NCBI GenBank assembly: GCA_963753345.1
Contig: CAVWBU010000019.1
Span: forward strand, 32,001 to 96,000
From: an uncultured Fibrobacterota bacterium
Lineage (GTDB): Bacteria; Fibrobacterota; Chitinivibrionia; Chitinivibrionales; FEN-1185
Direction of reading: 5' to 3'
Length of the DNA stretch: 64,000 nucleotides
The notes beneath the pieces are model-generated. The model searched no databases. It had not been told where the DNA came from and saw nothing but the letters and a program-made list of their open reading frames with translations. The position numbers and the translations under genes are program-made. This document shows, one piece after another, positions 49,979 through 59,720 of this stretch (position 1 is the first letter of the stretch; each line of letters begins with the position of its first letter).

Positions 49979-51019
49979 TTAAGAATGTGATAGCACTCTA
50001 GTCAAGACGTCGACAAAGACTTTTGAATCGAGAAAGTAGTTCGGATATGCTCGGCGCAATGAATCCAAAGAATCAACCGACACAAGTACAGCATCAGTAG
50101 CAGGTCGATTTGTGTTGGACTGTTCCACTGATAAGTATTCTTCCGAAGCCTTATTAAGGTCTTCCTTTTTAAAACCGGCAACCTGAACGCGGTTATTAAC
50201 AGGGTCAAGGTTGAGAAGCAAATAATCTGCATTTTTCGCATTTTGTGTTTCCGAAACCTGTAATGCATACCCAAAACCTTCAAGGCGTCGTGCGACCTGA
50301 ATTCGATTTGCGTAATCGCGTAGCTCGTTTAGTAGTTCTGTCTTTTGAGTCGGGGTATCGGGGACAAGAGTAGTAGCTTCCTCATTAGCCATTACGCTGC
50401 CCATGAGAGAAAAAAAACGTTTCCAGTTTTCATCTCCAATGCTTGATTTTAATGCTTGGTTAGTAAGAGTACCAACCGTTTCAACTGTGGTGGCCCACGC
50501 GTGTTGAAGGAAAGTTCGGATTTGAATTTCGATCTTCAGGTCATTGTAGTGCTTATATTTTTTATCACTGTAGTAACGATAGACAAGATGGATACCACGA
50601 TAACCAGATGGTTTCGGGTTTCTGATATAGTCTTTCGCTCCAACTAATTTGTGTTTTAAGTGACCCTTCTTATACATACTCACGATCTTATCTACGCTCC
50701 TGATATCTTTCACAATGGCTCGACACCCGCCGATGTCCTGCATTTGAGGCAGCTTCATACTTGGTAGCAGCTCTAATTTTAACTTAATAGAATAGAGGCG
50801 TTTGATACGTTGGGCAATAAGCACATGTGGGTCAACTTGCCTTGCTTTTGAGCGAAGCCCATTTTGAAATACATTTAGAGGATAGTAATGGCATGCACGC
50901 CAATTGTTGATCACTTGGAGGGTTTCTTCAAGCAAAGCTGGCCGAGTATGCGGATTAACTAGCTCATCCCCAGCAGATTCTACCCGAGCTCTTGAATATT
51001 GTAGGGTTGCCCATTCCAT
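49979..51019 (-). CDS. Fused CapRel-like toxSAS (RelA/SpoT synthetase + C-terminal antitoxin domain)
   Basis: WRACH, QRIKR, MQDIGGCR, GYRGIHL, EIQIRTFLQHAWAT; C-terminal AYPNYF (YXXY). Confidence 0.8.
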   Translation of the reverse strand: MEWATLQYSRARVESAGDELVNPHTRPALLEETLQVINNWRACHYYPLNVFQNGLRSKARQVDPHVLIAQRIKRLYSIKLKLELLPSMKLPQMQDIGGCRAIVKDIRSVDKIVSMYKKGHLKHKLVGAKDYIRNPKPSGYRGIHLVYRYYSDKKYKHYNDLKIEIQIRTFLQHAWATTVETVGTLTNQALKSSIGDENWKRFFSLMGSVMANEEATTLVPDTPTQKTELLNELRDYANRIQVARRLEGFGYALQVSETQNAKNADYLLLNLDPVNNRVQVAGFKKEDLNKASEEYLSVEQSNTNRPATDAVLVSVDSLDSLRRAYPNYFLDSKVFVDVLTRVLSHS

Positions 51020-51171
51020 TCTTTGGCCTGTCAGCCTTTGCTGGTCTAAGAGATCTTTGTTACTCGGTCCCCGGCCTTGTATTTCGCACCATTCATTTCA
51101 TTCTCAATGGATAATATAGGTGCTACCGCTCCCCATTGTCAAAGCGGAAAATACGGCGGCGCGCCGTCAAC

Positions 51172-51507
51172 CTAATACACGCACGCATCGAGGATTGCCA
51201 GCACGTCGGCCAGAAGATGCGGCGGAGCCTTGTCGATGAACTTTGCGCTTCGCGCGACAAAATCCACCGACTTGACCTGGTCGACCATGACAAAACCGGT
51301 GAGGACGCAACTCTCGGGGACCTTGACATGAAAAGGGATTTTTCTGTCTGTGTTTGTAAGGGGACAGACCATGGCGAGGCCGGTTCGCTGATTAAAGAGA
51401 TCGTTACTGATGACGAGAGCTGGCCTACGGCCTCTTTGTTCGTGTCCCGACTGAGGATCAAATGTCAGAGCAACAAAGTCTCCTTTGCGAGGGGTGTAGT
51501 GCGGCAT
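51172..51507 (-). CDS. mazF: MazF/PemK endoribonuclease toxin
   Basis: FDPQSGHEQRGRRPALVIS; DQVKSVD; TGATG overlap with mazE. Confidence 0.92.
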   Translation of the reverse strand: MPHYTPRKGDFVALTFDPQSGHEQRGRRPALVISNDLFNQRTGLAMVCPLTNTDRKIPFHVKVPESCVLTGFVMVDQVKSVDFVARSAKFIDKAPPHLLADVLAILDACVY

Positions 51508-51755
51508 CACCAGGTCTCCCTGCCTCTTGGTTTGCCCCACTGTTCTTCCAAAGGTTTATGGCGGGCGGGCATCCTGGCAGCAAGGTCTTTAAGACGATAC
51601 CTGCGCCGGGGAGGGGTGGCGTGTTTTACGACAATTTCACCCTTTCGTACGGAAATGTCGACTTCCTCTCCGACTACGATGCAGGCTTTGCGAAGAACAT
51701 CGCGGGGGAAGCGGAGCCCCTGGCTGTTGCCCCATTTCTGAATTTTCGTGACCAT
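51507..51755 (-). CDS. mazE: MazE/AbrB-type antitoxin
   Basis: KIQKWGNSQGLR; C-terminal WGKPRGRETW. Confidence 0.92.
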   Translation of the reverse strand: MVTKIQKWGNSQGLRFPRDVLRKACIVVGEEVDISVRKGEIVVKHATPPRRRYRLKDLAARMPARHKPLEEQWGKPRGRETW

Positions 51756-51774
51756 CGAATGCCTCCATGACAGT

Positions 51775-51793
51775 GTTTATACCAAGTATATAC
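51775..51793. promoter_or_regulatory. Probable mazEF autorepression operator
   Basis: GTTTATAC-caa-GTATATAC inverted repeat 20 bp upstream of mazE. Confidence 0.55.
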
Positions 51794-51809
51794 GCTGCCG
51801 GGCGGGGAG

Positions 51810-52766
51810 TCAAGAACTACTGCTGGCCAAATACCGCCGTTCGTGTGTTGGAGGATAATACCGACAGGGAATTTCCTTTCTTCCGGCGCTCAGATGAGCA
51901 GGCGCGAAGCACGCAGGGGATATGTCGAATCTGCTCATACAATTCGCTGCGGCAATCGTGCGGGTCTGGTTGATGGAAAGCGACGCCACACCGAACGGTC
52001 CGGTGCATACGCTGTTAAGTTTCGCAACTATTGCAGTGAGACCTGTGGTGTCAACAAGGTTTAGGTACGGCGCATGAAGATAGCCGCATCCGTGTTTTTC
52101 AACCGACCGAATGACGCGGGTGACAGTCTCCCAGAACGGCCAGCTGTCCTGCCGCTCAAAGGGCCGGTGGCTGCAGCCGTAATGGCCGTATTGAACGAAC
52201 TCCACATCGCTCTGCACGCAGGATTCGAGAATTTCTTCGAGGCAATCCAGCCCGTCGCAACTTCCCACGATCGGACACAACCTGCGATACGCGATTCCCG
52301 AGCGCAGCAAGTTCCGGCGGAGGGTATAAATATCGGAGGAAGATTCAACCTTGGCCAGGAATACTGTTTCCCATTCGACAAGCGACCCGATGCCTGACAA
52401 TGCCGCAATGTCCTTCTCGAAATCAGCGGTGGCGGCCTGATTGATGCGGATGCAGTGCCCGCGGCCGTCGGGGGGGCGGCAGGTGAAAAACTGCACAAGC
52501 CGTGCTCGGGCCTGTTCCCGATCCGCCGCGATGCGGACGGATTCGAGGGGCGCTGAAAGATTGTCCTCAAGATCAAGCACCAGCACCCCTCCGGCCCGTG
52601 CAACCATGGAGCCAAGACGATCGATGGTGCTGGGAGTCGGGACAGGCGACCATTGGTACACGCGGCAACCGGCCATTAGAACAATCTCCCGGCGTTGATG
52701 GCAAAATCGTCTATCTGCTTGTGAAGCTGCTCTGCTGTTTGATAATATACTAAGCCCGTTTTGCAT
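51810..52766 (-). CDS. Divergent CitE/HpcH aldolase-citrate lyase family protein (start may be near 52676)
   Basis: VLDLED, IRIN and LAKVES motifs. Confidence 0.55.
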   Translation of the reverse strand: MQNGLSILSNSRAASQADRRFCHQRREIVLMAGCRVYQWSPVPTPSTIDRLGSMVARAGGVLVLDLEDNLSAPLESVRIAADREQARARLVQFFTCRPPDGRGHCIRINQAATADFEKDIAALSGIGSLVEWETVFLAKVESSSDIYTLRRNLLRSGIAYRRLCPIVGSCDGLDCLEEILESCVQSDVEFVQYGHYGCSHRPFERQDSWPFWETVTRVIRSVEKHGCGYLHAPYLNLVDTTGLTAIVAKLNSVCTGPFGVASLSINQTRTIAAANCMSRFDISPACFAPAHLSAGRKEIPCRYYPPTHERRYLASSSS

Positions 52767-53092
52767 GTCAACGAAGTCGAAAAGAAAAGGTTTTCTGGTA
52801 GAAAACGCTTTGTTCAGCGTGATGCAAATAACCGAGGAGCGTCACCAGTGCCGCCATTGTTTCTCAACCCCGACTGAACGACTTGATACCTCTGGACGAA
52901 GGCTTTTCCCCAGCGTATCTTAATTACTTGAGAGTCGGGGTTGATGACTACGGAATTGAAGAACCCCGCAGCACCGCGACTACGACAGCATACAACACTA
53001 CAGGAGTAGCCGCGACAGCGAACCTCCGGGGAATGCGCTCGCTGTGGGATTCACCGATAAGCAACGAATAAAGAACGGAAGGAGAAACTGCC

Positions 53093-53530
53093 ATGAACCC
53101 GGTCCAAAAGATTGCAGGGATTGATCCCGCAAAGAAAGCGTTTTCACTGGTTGATGAGTTCAAGGCGTTTGCCTTTAAAGGCAATGTCATCGACATGGCG
53201 GTGGGCATCATCATCGGCGCGGCATTCGGGAAAATTATTGATTCCTTTGTCAAGCATATCATCATGCCGCTCATAAGCCTGCTGCTGCCCGCACAGCAGG
53301 GATATCTCAACTGGAAGCTCGTCGTGGGCGTCAAGGAAGTGCCGTACGGCCTGTTCATCGGCGAGGTGGTGAATTTCCTGATCATCGCGGCGGTGCTGTT
53401 TATTTTCATCGTGAAATTCCTGGGGTTTCTCACCAAATCCAGACAGAAAGAAGCGGCTGCGCCCATAGTGATCACTCGGGAAGAGCAGCTTCTTACGGAA
53501 ATCCGCGATCTGTTGCAGAACAGGAAGTAG
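53093..53530 (+). CDS. mscL: Large-conductance mechanosensitive channel
   Basis: EFKAFAFKGNVIDMAVGIIIGAAF; LLTEIRDLL. Confidence 0.95.
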   Translation: MNPVQKIAGIDPAKKAFSLVDEFKAFAFKGNVIDMAVGIIIGAAFGKIIDSFVKHIIMPLISLLLPAQQGYLNWKLVVGVKEVPYGLFIGEVVNFLIIAAVLFIFIVKFLGFLTKSRQKEAAAPIVITREEQLLTEIRDLLQNRK

Positions 53531-53608
53531 TCCAAAGCAAACACAGAACTGAACCTGGATGGAACCAGGGCATTCTTCTCGCCTTCCTTAATAGACCAGG
53601 ATAAATAC

Positions 53609-54014
53609 TTGGGCGCCCCGCCGCTTTGCGGCGGCGGCCGTCCTTCCGGTCTCGGCCTCCGGCCTCGGGCCGCCTCGGCCCTATGCCGCGGTAGCGGCGG
53701 GTCCGGGCGGCACCACGCTTTGGCGCGGCCTCCAGTCCTGCCTGGCGCGCGGCAGAAGAAGTCTATTCAGTCCGGTTTGTTATTGCGCCAATCGGAATAC
53801 TCAATACAAACCAGGATCTTTTCCCCAATCCTGCTGCCAACTGTCAACTTTCAACTACTCTTCGCGGGTGCCCCCACAACCGAAGTGTGATTCTTGCAGC
53901 TGGCCTCTCAAGGGGTGCACCCAGGAGGGGGTAGCGGAGGACTGGCCGTGCATATTTGTGATGCTGGTTTGTAAACTTGCACGGCCGGGCCGGAGCGAGG
54001 GGGATACTTCCCCC
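53609..54014 (+). repeat. Composite repeat B + spacer + A
   Basis: Colinear with the reverse complement of 26495-26898. Confidence 0.85.
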
Positions 54015-54167
54015 ACCAGATATTTCATTTTTTAAATGGTCTTGAGAGACCTTAAAGGACGAGCCTTGTAATTCCCATCCCGCCTCTATATAATGTTAAT
54101 AGTAAACATAGAGGAATGTAACAACGCTGAGAGCAGGGAAATCGTGTCTTTCAAGAGTTCAATTTCA

Positions 54168-57098
54168 ATGAAATTGCTCAGGCGGCTGGCAAGAAGCCTG
54201 CTTATAGGCTCGGCCATGGGCGTCGGCGTGGCGCTGGCGACCAACTTCTTTGTAAAGGACCTGATCGACAGGCTCGAAAACCAGACCTACTACATGCGGT
54301 ACCGGTGGGAATTCAAGAACCTTGCCGCGGAAAAAAGCAGGGAAAAGGTCGACAACGACAACGGCATCTGCATTGTCGACATCGACGAGCGGAGCCAGCA
54401 CAAGCTCGGGAAATACTGGAACTGGGATCGGTCGTTCCACGCGGACATGATCAACGCGCTTGCAAAGCACGACCCTGCCGCCATCGCGTTCGACGTGATG
54501 TTCTTCGACCCGGACGACCGGAACTACGTCGCGCGCCTGGACAGCCTCATTGCCAAATGCAAAAGCGGGCCGGCTGCCTTCTCCATGCCTCAAAACCTTT
54601 ACAAACCGCTTGTGTCGGCCATAAACTATGATGAGCAATTCATTGAGGCCACGAAAAAGGCCGGGAACGTGTTCCATGCGGTGATGATGGCCGACTCCTC
54701 CGATTACCCCAGTTTCGCCCAGTCGCAGATCCAGCCGAGGACCACCATGGCATGGCACGATTCACTTCATCCGTCCTCGGCTGTTTTGCTTCGTCCGGCA
54801 GTCCGGCGTCAGGTTTACGAAACGAGACATGTGATCGACGGCATTTTTCCCGGGCTCGCGCAGGCCAGCCGGGACATCGGGTGCGTCAACATCCTGCCGA
54901 ACTCCGACGGCGTCATCCGGGCGGTGCCGGTGCTATACGGGTTCGGAGCCAACCCGCCGGTGTATCTGCCCATAAGCGTTCGAATGGTCGCGACGCTGTT
55001 TAAAACCCCCAACCGCGAAATCACGTACAAACCGGGCAGATACCTTGACATAGGGAAACCTTTCAAGGCGTTCAGGGACTCGGCGGGCGCACTCACCTTC
55101 TCCTACCCGAACGTCACCCCGCCGCTGGTGAGGGCCATACTCGGCGCGTCGCCCCGTATTCTGCATTGTGTTCGCGGCAGGCCCGTGGAAGTGAGTTCTC
55201 GTTTGAAAATAAGAAAGGATGCCGGCGGCACCTGTTTCATCGACATGGACTGCGGCTCGTTCCCGGGACCGGTGGCAAAGTCCCTTCTGGGCGCCGGCAC
55301 GAACAGAATTGTCGCTCTGGCCGAGAAGGACTCGCTCGCCATCGGCCCGCAGGTGTTGGTCAAGCGGACCTCCGGCGCCGAATGGACGCTTTCCGCGCCG
55401 CAGATCGACAGCGAATGGACCCTGTCGAGGCTTGATGTGGAGACCATCGGCCGAGTGGACAGCGCGGAGTTTGACGCACTTAAACCGGGCGAGTCGAAAC
55501 TCCTGTTCTATGCGTTTACGGTGAAGAATGTTGATGGAAGGCTCGTTTCGACCCTGCCGGTGATCAACGAGTCGGTGCTCCGCGATCTCTGCGCCACGCC
55601 GTGGAGTGCCATAACCTCGATGGCGCCCGGCGCACGAATGGATTTCGGCGCAACGGTACGAATACCGCTTGTCAAGGACGAAGCGAAGGAAGGCAGAGAC
55701 CTGCATATCGTGACCTATGCCGGGCCCAAGGCCTCGACCTTTGTCCGCTACAGCTACTGGGACGTCATGAAGGACCGGGTCAAGGGCGGGCTCGAAGGCA
55801 AGATCTTTCTCGTGGGCTCCACGGTGCAGGGGCTGTTCGACATCGTGTCCACGCCCATCGACGACCACTATCCCGGCGTGGAGGTGCATGCGTCGCTTGT
55901 CAATTCGTTCCTCACCAACACGTTTGTGCGAAGGCTCTCCGAATGGCAGGATTTCCTCATTTTGCTCCTTGTGGCGATGGTGATCGGCATCCTCACCTTC
56001 TTCCTCAAGCCGGTGTGGGGGGCCATAGTCGGCGCTGCCGCCATTTTCGCATACTTCCTTATCGCCATGACCGTGTTCACCGAAAGCCGCCTGTGGATCG
56101 AGATCGCGCGCCCCATCCTCGCCGTTGTGATCACCTTCAGCGGCGTTATGGTATTGCGCTACATCACCGAGGAAAAGGACCGCAAGTTCCTGCAGAGCAC
56201 GTTCAAGCAATACCTGTCGCCCGAGCTCATCGACATCATGTACAGTTCCAAGCAGCAGCCCAAGCTCGGCGGCGACGAGGGAATCCGCACCGCGTTTTTC
56301 ACCGACATCCAAGGTTTCTCCACCATCTCCGAGAAGCTCGGCTCGCCCTCGCGGCTCGTGGAACTCCTTAACGAGTACCTCACCGAGATGACCGACATCC
56401 TGCTCAGGCATTTCGGAACGCTTGACAAATACGAGGGCGACGCGATCCTCGCGTTCTTCGGCGCGCCCATGCCCATGGACGACCACGCGAAACAGGCCTG
56501 TCTCACCGCGCTCGACATGCAGGCGCGGCTCGCCGATCTGCGCAAAAAGTGGGCCTCCGAGGAGGACAAGTGGCCCGCCATCGTGCATGGGATGCGCATG
56601 CGCGTGGGCATCAACAGCGGGCCCATCGTGACCGGCAACATGGGGTCGAGGACGCGGCTTAACTACACCATGATGGGCGACACCGTCAACCTCGCGGCGC
56701 GGCTGGAAAGCGCGGCGAAGCAGTACGGCGTATTCATCATGATCAGCAACTTTACCTACGAGATGGTGAAGAACGACTTCGAAGTCCGGCAGCTCGACAA
56801 GATCACGGTCGTGGGAAAATCCGAGCCGGTCACGGTGTTCGAGCTGCTGGCGGCAAAGGGGAAGCTTTCGCCCGAACTCGTCGCCATGCGCGACCGGTAT
56901 GCAAAGGGCCTTGCATATTTTTACAAACAGGAATGGGACCAGGCCATGGAGGCGCTTGCCGAATCGGAAAAACTCGAACCGTACCGCGCGTTTGCAGCGA
57001 CCTCTCCGAGCGCGGAGTTCATACGATACTCCCGGAACTACAAGGCGAACCCGCCCGGAAAGGACTGGGACGGGGTTAATAGATTGACGGCGAAGTAG
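54168..57098 (+). CDS. CHASE2-domain class III adenylate cyclase
   Basis: IVDIDERS..AFDVMF..PGVEVHA CHASE2; three TM helices; FTDIQGFS, DKYEGDA, GDTVNLAARLES. Confidence 0.92.
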   Translation: MKLLRRLARSLLIGSAMGVGVALATNFFVKDLIDRLENQTYYMRYRWEFKNLAAEKSREKVDNDNGICIVDIDERSQHKLGKYWNWDRSFHADMINALAKHDPAAIAFDVMFFDPDDRNYVARLDSLIAKCKSGPAAFSMPQNLYKPLVSAINYDEQFIEATKKAGNVFHAVMMADSSDYPSFAQSQIQPRTTMAWHDSLHPSSAVLLRPAVRRQVYETRHVIDGIFPGLAQASRDIGCVNILPNSDGVIRAVPVLYGFGANPPVYLPISVRMVATLFKTPNREITYKPGRYLDIGKPFKAFRDSAGALTFSYPNVTPPLVRAILGASPRILHCVRGRPVEVSSRLKIRKDAGGTCFIDMDCGSFPGPVAKSLLGAGTNRIVALAEKDSLAIGPQVLVKRTSGAEWTLSAPQIDSEWTLSRLDVETIGRVDSAEFDALKPGESKLLFYAFTVKNVDGRLVSTLPVINESVLRDLCATPWSAITSMAPGARMDFGATVRIPLVKDEAKEGRDLHIVTYAGPKASTFVRYSYWDVMKDRVKGGLEGKIFLVGSTVQGLFDIVSTPIDDHYPGVEVHASLVNSFLTNTFVRRLSEWQDFLILLLVAMVIGILTFFLKPVWGAIVGAAAIFAYFLIAMTVFTESRLWIEIARPILAVVITFSGVMVLRYITEEKDRKFLQSTFKQYLSPELIDIMYSSKQQPKLGGDEGIRTAFFTDIQGFSTISEKLGSPSRLVELLNEYLTEMTDILLRHFGTLDKYEGDAILAFFGAPMPMDDHAKQACLTALDMQARLADLRKKWASEEDKWPAIVHGMRMRVGINSGPIVTGNMGSRTRLNYTMMGDTVNLAARLESAAKQYGVFIMISNFTYEMVKNDFEVRQLDKITVVGKSEPVTVFELLAAKGKLSPELVAMRDRYAKGLAYFYKQEWDQAMEALAESEKLEPYRAFAATSPSAEFIRYSRNYKANPPGKDWDGVNRLTAK

Positions 57099-57099
57099 A

Positions 57100-57165
57100 A
57101 AAGTTGACGGTTGTCAGTTGACAGTTGACGGAGAATGCAAGAAAAGAAGTTAAGAGTTAAGAGTG
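57100..57165 (+). repeat. Heptamer tandem repeats (AGTTGAC/AGTTAAG)
   Basis: agttgac ggttgtc agttgac agttgac ... agttaag agttaag. Confidence 0.65.
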
Positions 57166-57268
57166 ATCTCTGATTAGGGGCATAAAGCAGAATACTATAT
57201 TGATGGACAGCCGACAATCGGGCGGATAGCGGCGCGTAATCCTACTAGAAACCCAAAGGGGGTGCAAT

Positions 57269-57475
57269 ATGATCGAAAAAATTATTTTTTTGCCGTTCTG
57301 GGTGCTGAGAAGGGTCATAGGCCTTGTTCTCTTTGCCGTGCGGCTGGTCTTCGGCACCGGTGCGGGCGCGGTGCGGTTTGTTTTTTCCAGACGGCTGGGG
57401 ACGCTTGTATTGGTTACTCTGGCGTTCCTGGCGGGGAAGAAGTATCTGGAGGAGAATAAGAAGAAGGAAGCATAG
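57269..57475 (+). CDS. Small membrane protein, hypothetical
   Basis: 68 aa, hydrophobic helices, basic tail, GGGGG RBS. Confidence 0.55.
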   Translation: MIEKIIFLPFWVLRRVIGLVLFAVRLVFGTGAGAVRFVFSRRLGTLVLVTLAFLAGKKYLEENKKKEA

Positions 57476-57503
57476 AATAATTACAAGCAAGAGTATTCTA
57501 GTA

Positions 57504-57654
57504 GGGGAAGGATCTCCCTCGCTGCGAACCGGCGTGCTGCTCTTATTCATTGCTCATTTTAATCGCGCGCCGGTCCTCCGCTACCCCCTCCTGGGTAGCC
57601 CCCAAGTTGGGCCTGCTGCATGAAACAAACACCTGTGCGGGGGCACCCACGAGC
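57504..57654 (-). repeat. Dispersed repeat module A
   Basis: Reverse complement GCTCGTGGGTGCCCCCGCACAGGTG..ACCCAGGAGGGGGTAGCGGAGGACCGG. Confidence 0.85.
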
Positions 57655-57809
57655 AGTAGTTGCACTGAAGAATTAATCTCTTAATTCATTCACTGGCGTT
57701 TTTTAGTAATGCGCCGGAGTGAAGCGACAAAGCAATCTACTCTCGATGCTATTCATTTTTATTGTTCTCGCCAATTACCGCAAGTTCATTGCAAATGCTA
57801 CCGCTTTTT

Positions 57810-57890
57810 CGTGGTGCCCCTGCAGCTGAAGTTACTTTCCTGCAAATCAACTCTCTAGGGGGCTACCCACGAGGGGGCCAGGGGGGACAC
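57810..57890 (+). repeat. Degenerate A/C chimeric module
   Basis: GTGGTGCCCC..GGGGCTACCCAC stem followed by GGGGGCCAGGGGG. Confidence 0.5.
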
Positions 57891-57920
57891 TAATATATAT
57901 ATTTTTATAAATAATAATAT

Positions 57921-58751
57921 TCATCCCGGATTCGCATAACAATACATGCACCGGTGCAAGCACTTCTGCAAATACGACCCCACATCCCTGCTCTCAAAAC
58001 ACCCGCATCCTTTCCGCGTGGGCTTAAGGAAAAGTTTCGGGTGCACGCCGAACCGGTCTGTCTCGCGCAATAATTCATCGTCAATGCAATGCGCCTGCAA
58101 AATGTCCGGAACAAGGCCCAGGACTTCCGGGTTGCAGCAGTTGTAAAGCTTTATGCCCGCCTTCAGCGTTGCATACAGCAGTTCTTTTCCAAGCGCGGTC
58201 CTCTCCTGTTCATCAAAATCATCAAACAAAACGTCCCTTTTTTTCAACTTTGGATAGTGGCTCATGTACGAGAAATAACAGCGTTTCACGCCGGCCTTTT
58301 CAACGTGGGGTAATATGTCAAAGAAGGCTGAAAAATTGGTGACAACTTGGCCATCTTTCCTTCTGTATTTGCAAATCGGATCAAACCTCCACATCACCCG
58401 TTCCGGTCCCACAAGACCACATAAGCGTGCAAGAGTTTCAAGGCGATCTGTCAAGGGCGCGACATTGGGCTCCAGGTCAGCGCAATCGTTTATAGTGTAA
58501 TGGAAAACCGCATTGTTCTGCTCAATCAGCCTTTCAAAATGTGGGTGCTTGATAAAAGCGGAAAAGTCTTTTGACCAGAAAATATAGCCCAGAACATCAG
58601 CGGGTCTAAGCGAAAGCGTGTATGAGCGGCCGTAGCCCGCATCATAGCTGATTTCACCCTTCTGCCATGCGTCAAAAAACTCATTGAGAAAAAACCGCGG
58701 GACGTCGGTGCGGCGGGAGGCGGAGATGTAGATTGAATGATGAGAAAGCAT
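57921..58751 (-). CDS. DUF1848 family protein
   Basis: ISASRRTDVP, FWSK, WRFDPI, C-terminal CGC..DVG.Y..CLHRCMYCYA. Confidence 0.85.
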   Translation of the reverse strand: MLSHHSIYISASRRTDVPRFFLNEFFDAWQKGEISYDAGYGRSYTLSLRPADVLGYIFWSKDFSAFIKHPHFERLIEQNNAVFHYTINDCADLEPNVAPLTDRLETLARLCGLVGPERVMWRFDPICKYRRKDGQVVTNFSAFFDILPHVEKAGVKRCYFSYMSHYPKLKKRDVLFDDFDEQERTALGKELLYATLKAGIKLYNCCNPEVLGLVPDILQAHCIDDELLRETDRFGVHPKLFLKPTRKGCGCFESRDVGSYLQKCLHRCMYCYANPG

Positions 58752-58776
58752 TTAGAGAAAATATATCGGACAGAAA

Positions 58777-59598
58777 CTACTTCAGTTTTTCCATGAACCT
58801 CTCGTACGCTTTTCCTTCAAGACCTGCGGGTTTGCCTTTGAGAAGTTTGCGGACGGCGGCAATTTCACTTTTTGAAAAGCGCGCCGCATTGAGCACATGC
58901 TCGTCAAACGCGTCAAACGCAATGGGACACACCTTTGTGCTGATTGCATGCAGCACCTTTGCGTATTCACGGATCTCCAATTGCGCGTGCGCGTCGAGCC
59001 TGAGGGCGAGAAAGCGGAACAGGTTGTGCAAATCGATCTGCCAGTACCATTCGGTATAGAGCGACAGCGGCAAATTGATGCGTGCGAGTTCGCGCGCGAT
59101 GTTGTTGTCGAGCAGGTCTTCGTACGTGCCGTACAGTTCCTTCTGGTATTTGGTGAGGATCGCAAGGACCTTTTCCTGCATCGCGGCGGGCACGGTCTCG
59201 GTCGAGCGGCCCTGCTTGTTGCTTTCGCTCTGGAACGCGATGCTGCCTGTTGACGGAAGGTAAAACTCGGATTTCATCACGCTGTACCTGCCCGAAATCT
59301 CGTTGAGCCGCGCGGTGCGGTGCCGTATCCACTGACGCGCAACAAAGATGGGTAGCTTCACGTGGAACGTGAACACCACCTGCTCGAACGGCGAGGTATG
59401 GTCGTTGCGAAGGAGGTAATTGATAAGGCCCTTGTCTTCCCGGAAGGTTTTGGTTCCTTTCCCGTAGGACACCCGCGCGGCCTGTACAATGCGCGAGTCG
59501 TTGCCGAGGTAGTCAACAAGACGGATAAAGCCTTTGTCAAGGACCCTGAATTTCCTGTCGAGGACCTTCTCGGCGGCGGGGGAGATGCAATGCGACAT
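58777..59598 (-). CDS. thyX: FAD-dependent thymidylate synthase
   Basis: RHRTARLNEISGRY (RHRX7S); HAQLEIR. Confidence 0.96.
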   Translation of the reverse strand: MSHCISPAAEKVLDRKFRVLDKGFIRLVDYLGNDSRIVQAARVSYGKGTKTFREDKGLINYLLRNDHTSPFEQVVFTFHVKLPIFVARQWIRHRTARLNEISGRYSVMKSEFYLPSTGSIAFQSESNKQGRSTETVPAAMQEKVLAILTKYQKELYGTYEDLLDNNIARELARINLPLSLYTEWYWQIDLHNLFRFLALRLDAHAQLEIREYAKVLHAISTKVCPIAFDAFDEHVLNAARFSKSEIAAVRKLLKGKPAGLEGKAYERFMEKLK

Positions 59599-59720
59599 CG
59601 GTCTGGGTCTCCTGGTTTCATGATTCTGTCAGGACTGTGGAAACTGCGATTATGTGATGAAAATACGAGAAGCCTGCAAAAGAGTGAAGCGGGACGTGCT
59701 GGTCATCTATGGAGATGTTT

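Noticed and set aside
53609-53890. Short ORFs within repeat modules (also 15132-15320, 42696-42956, 60274-60504)
   Set aside because: Their mutual similarity comes from the DNA repeats; frames are not preserved between copies
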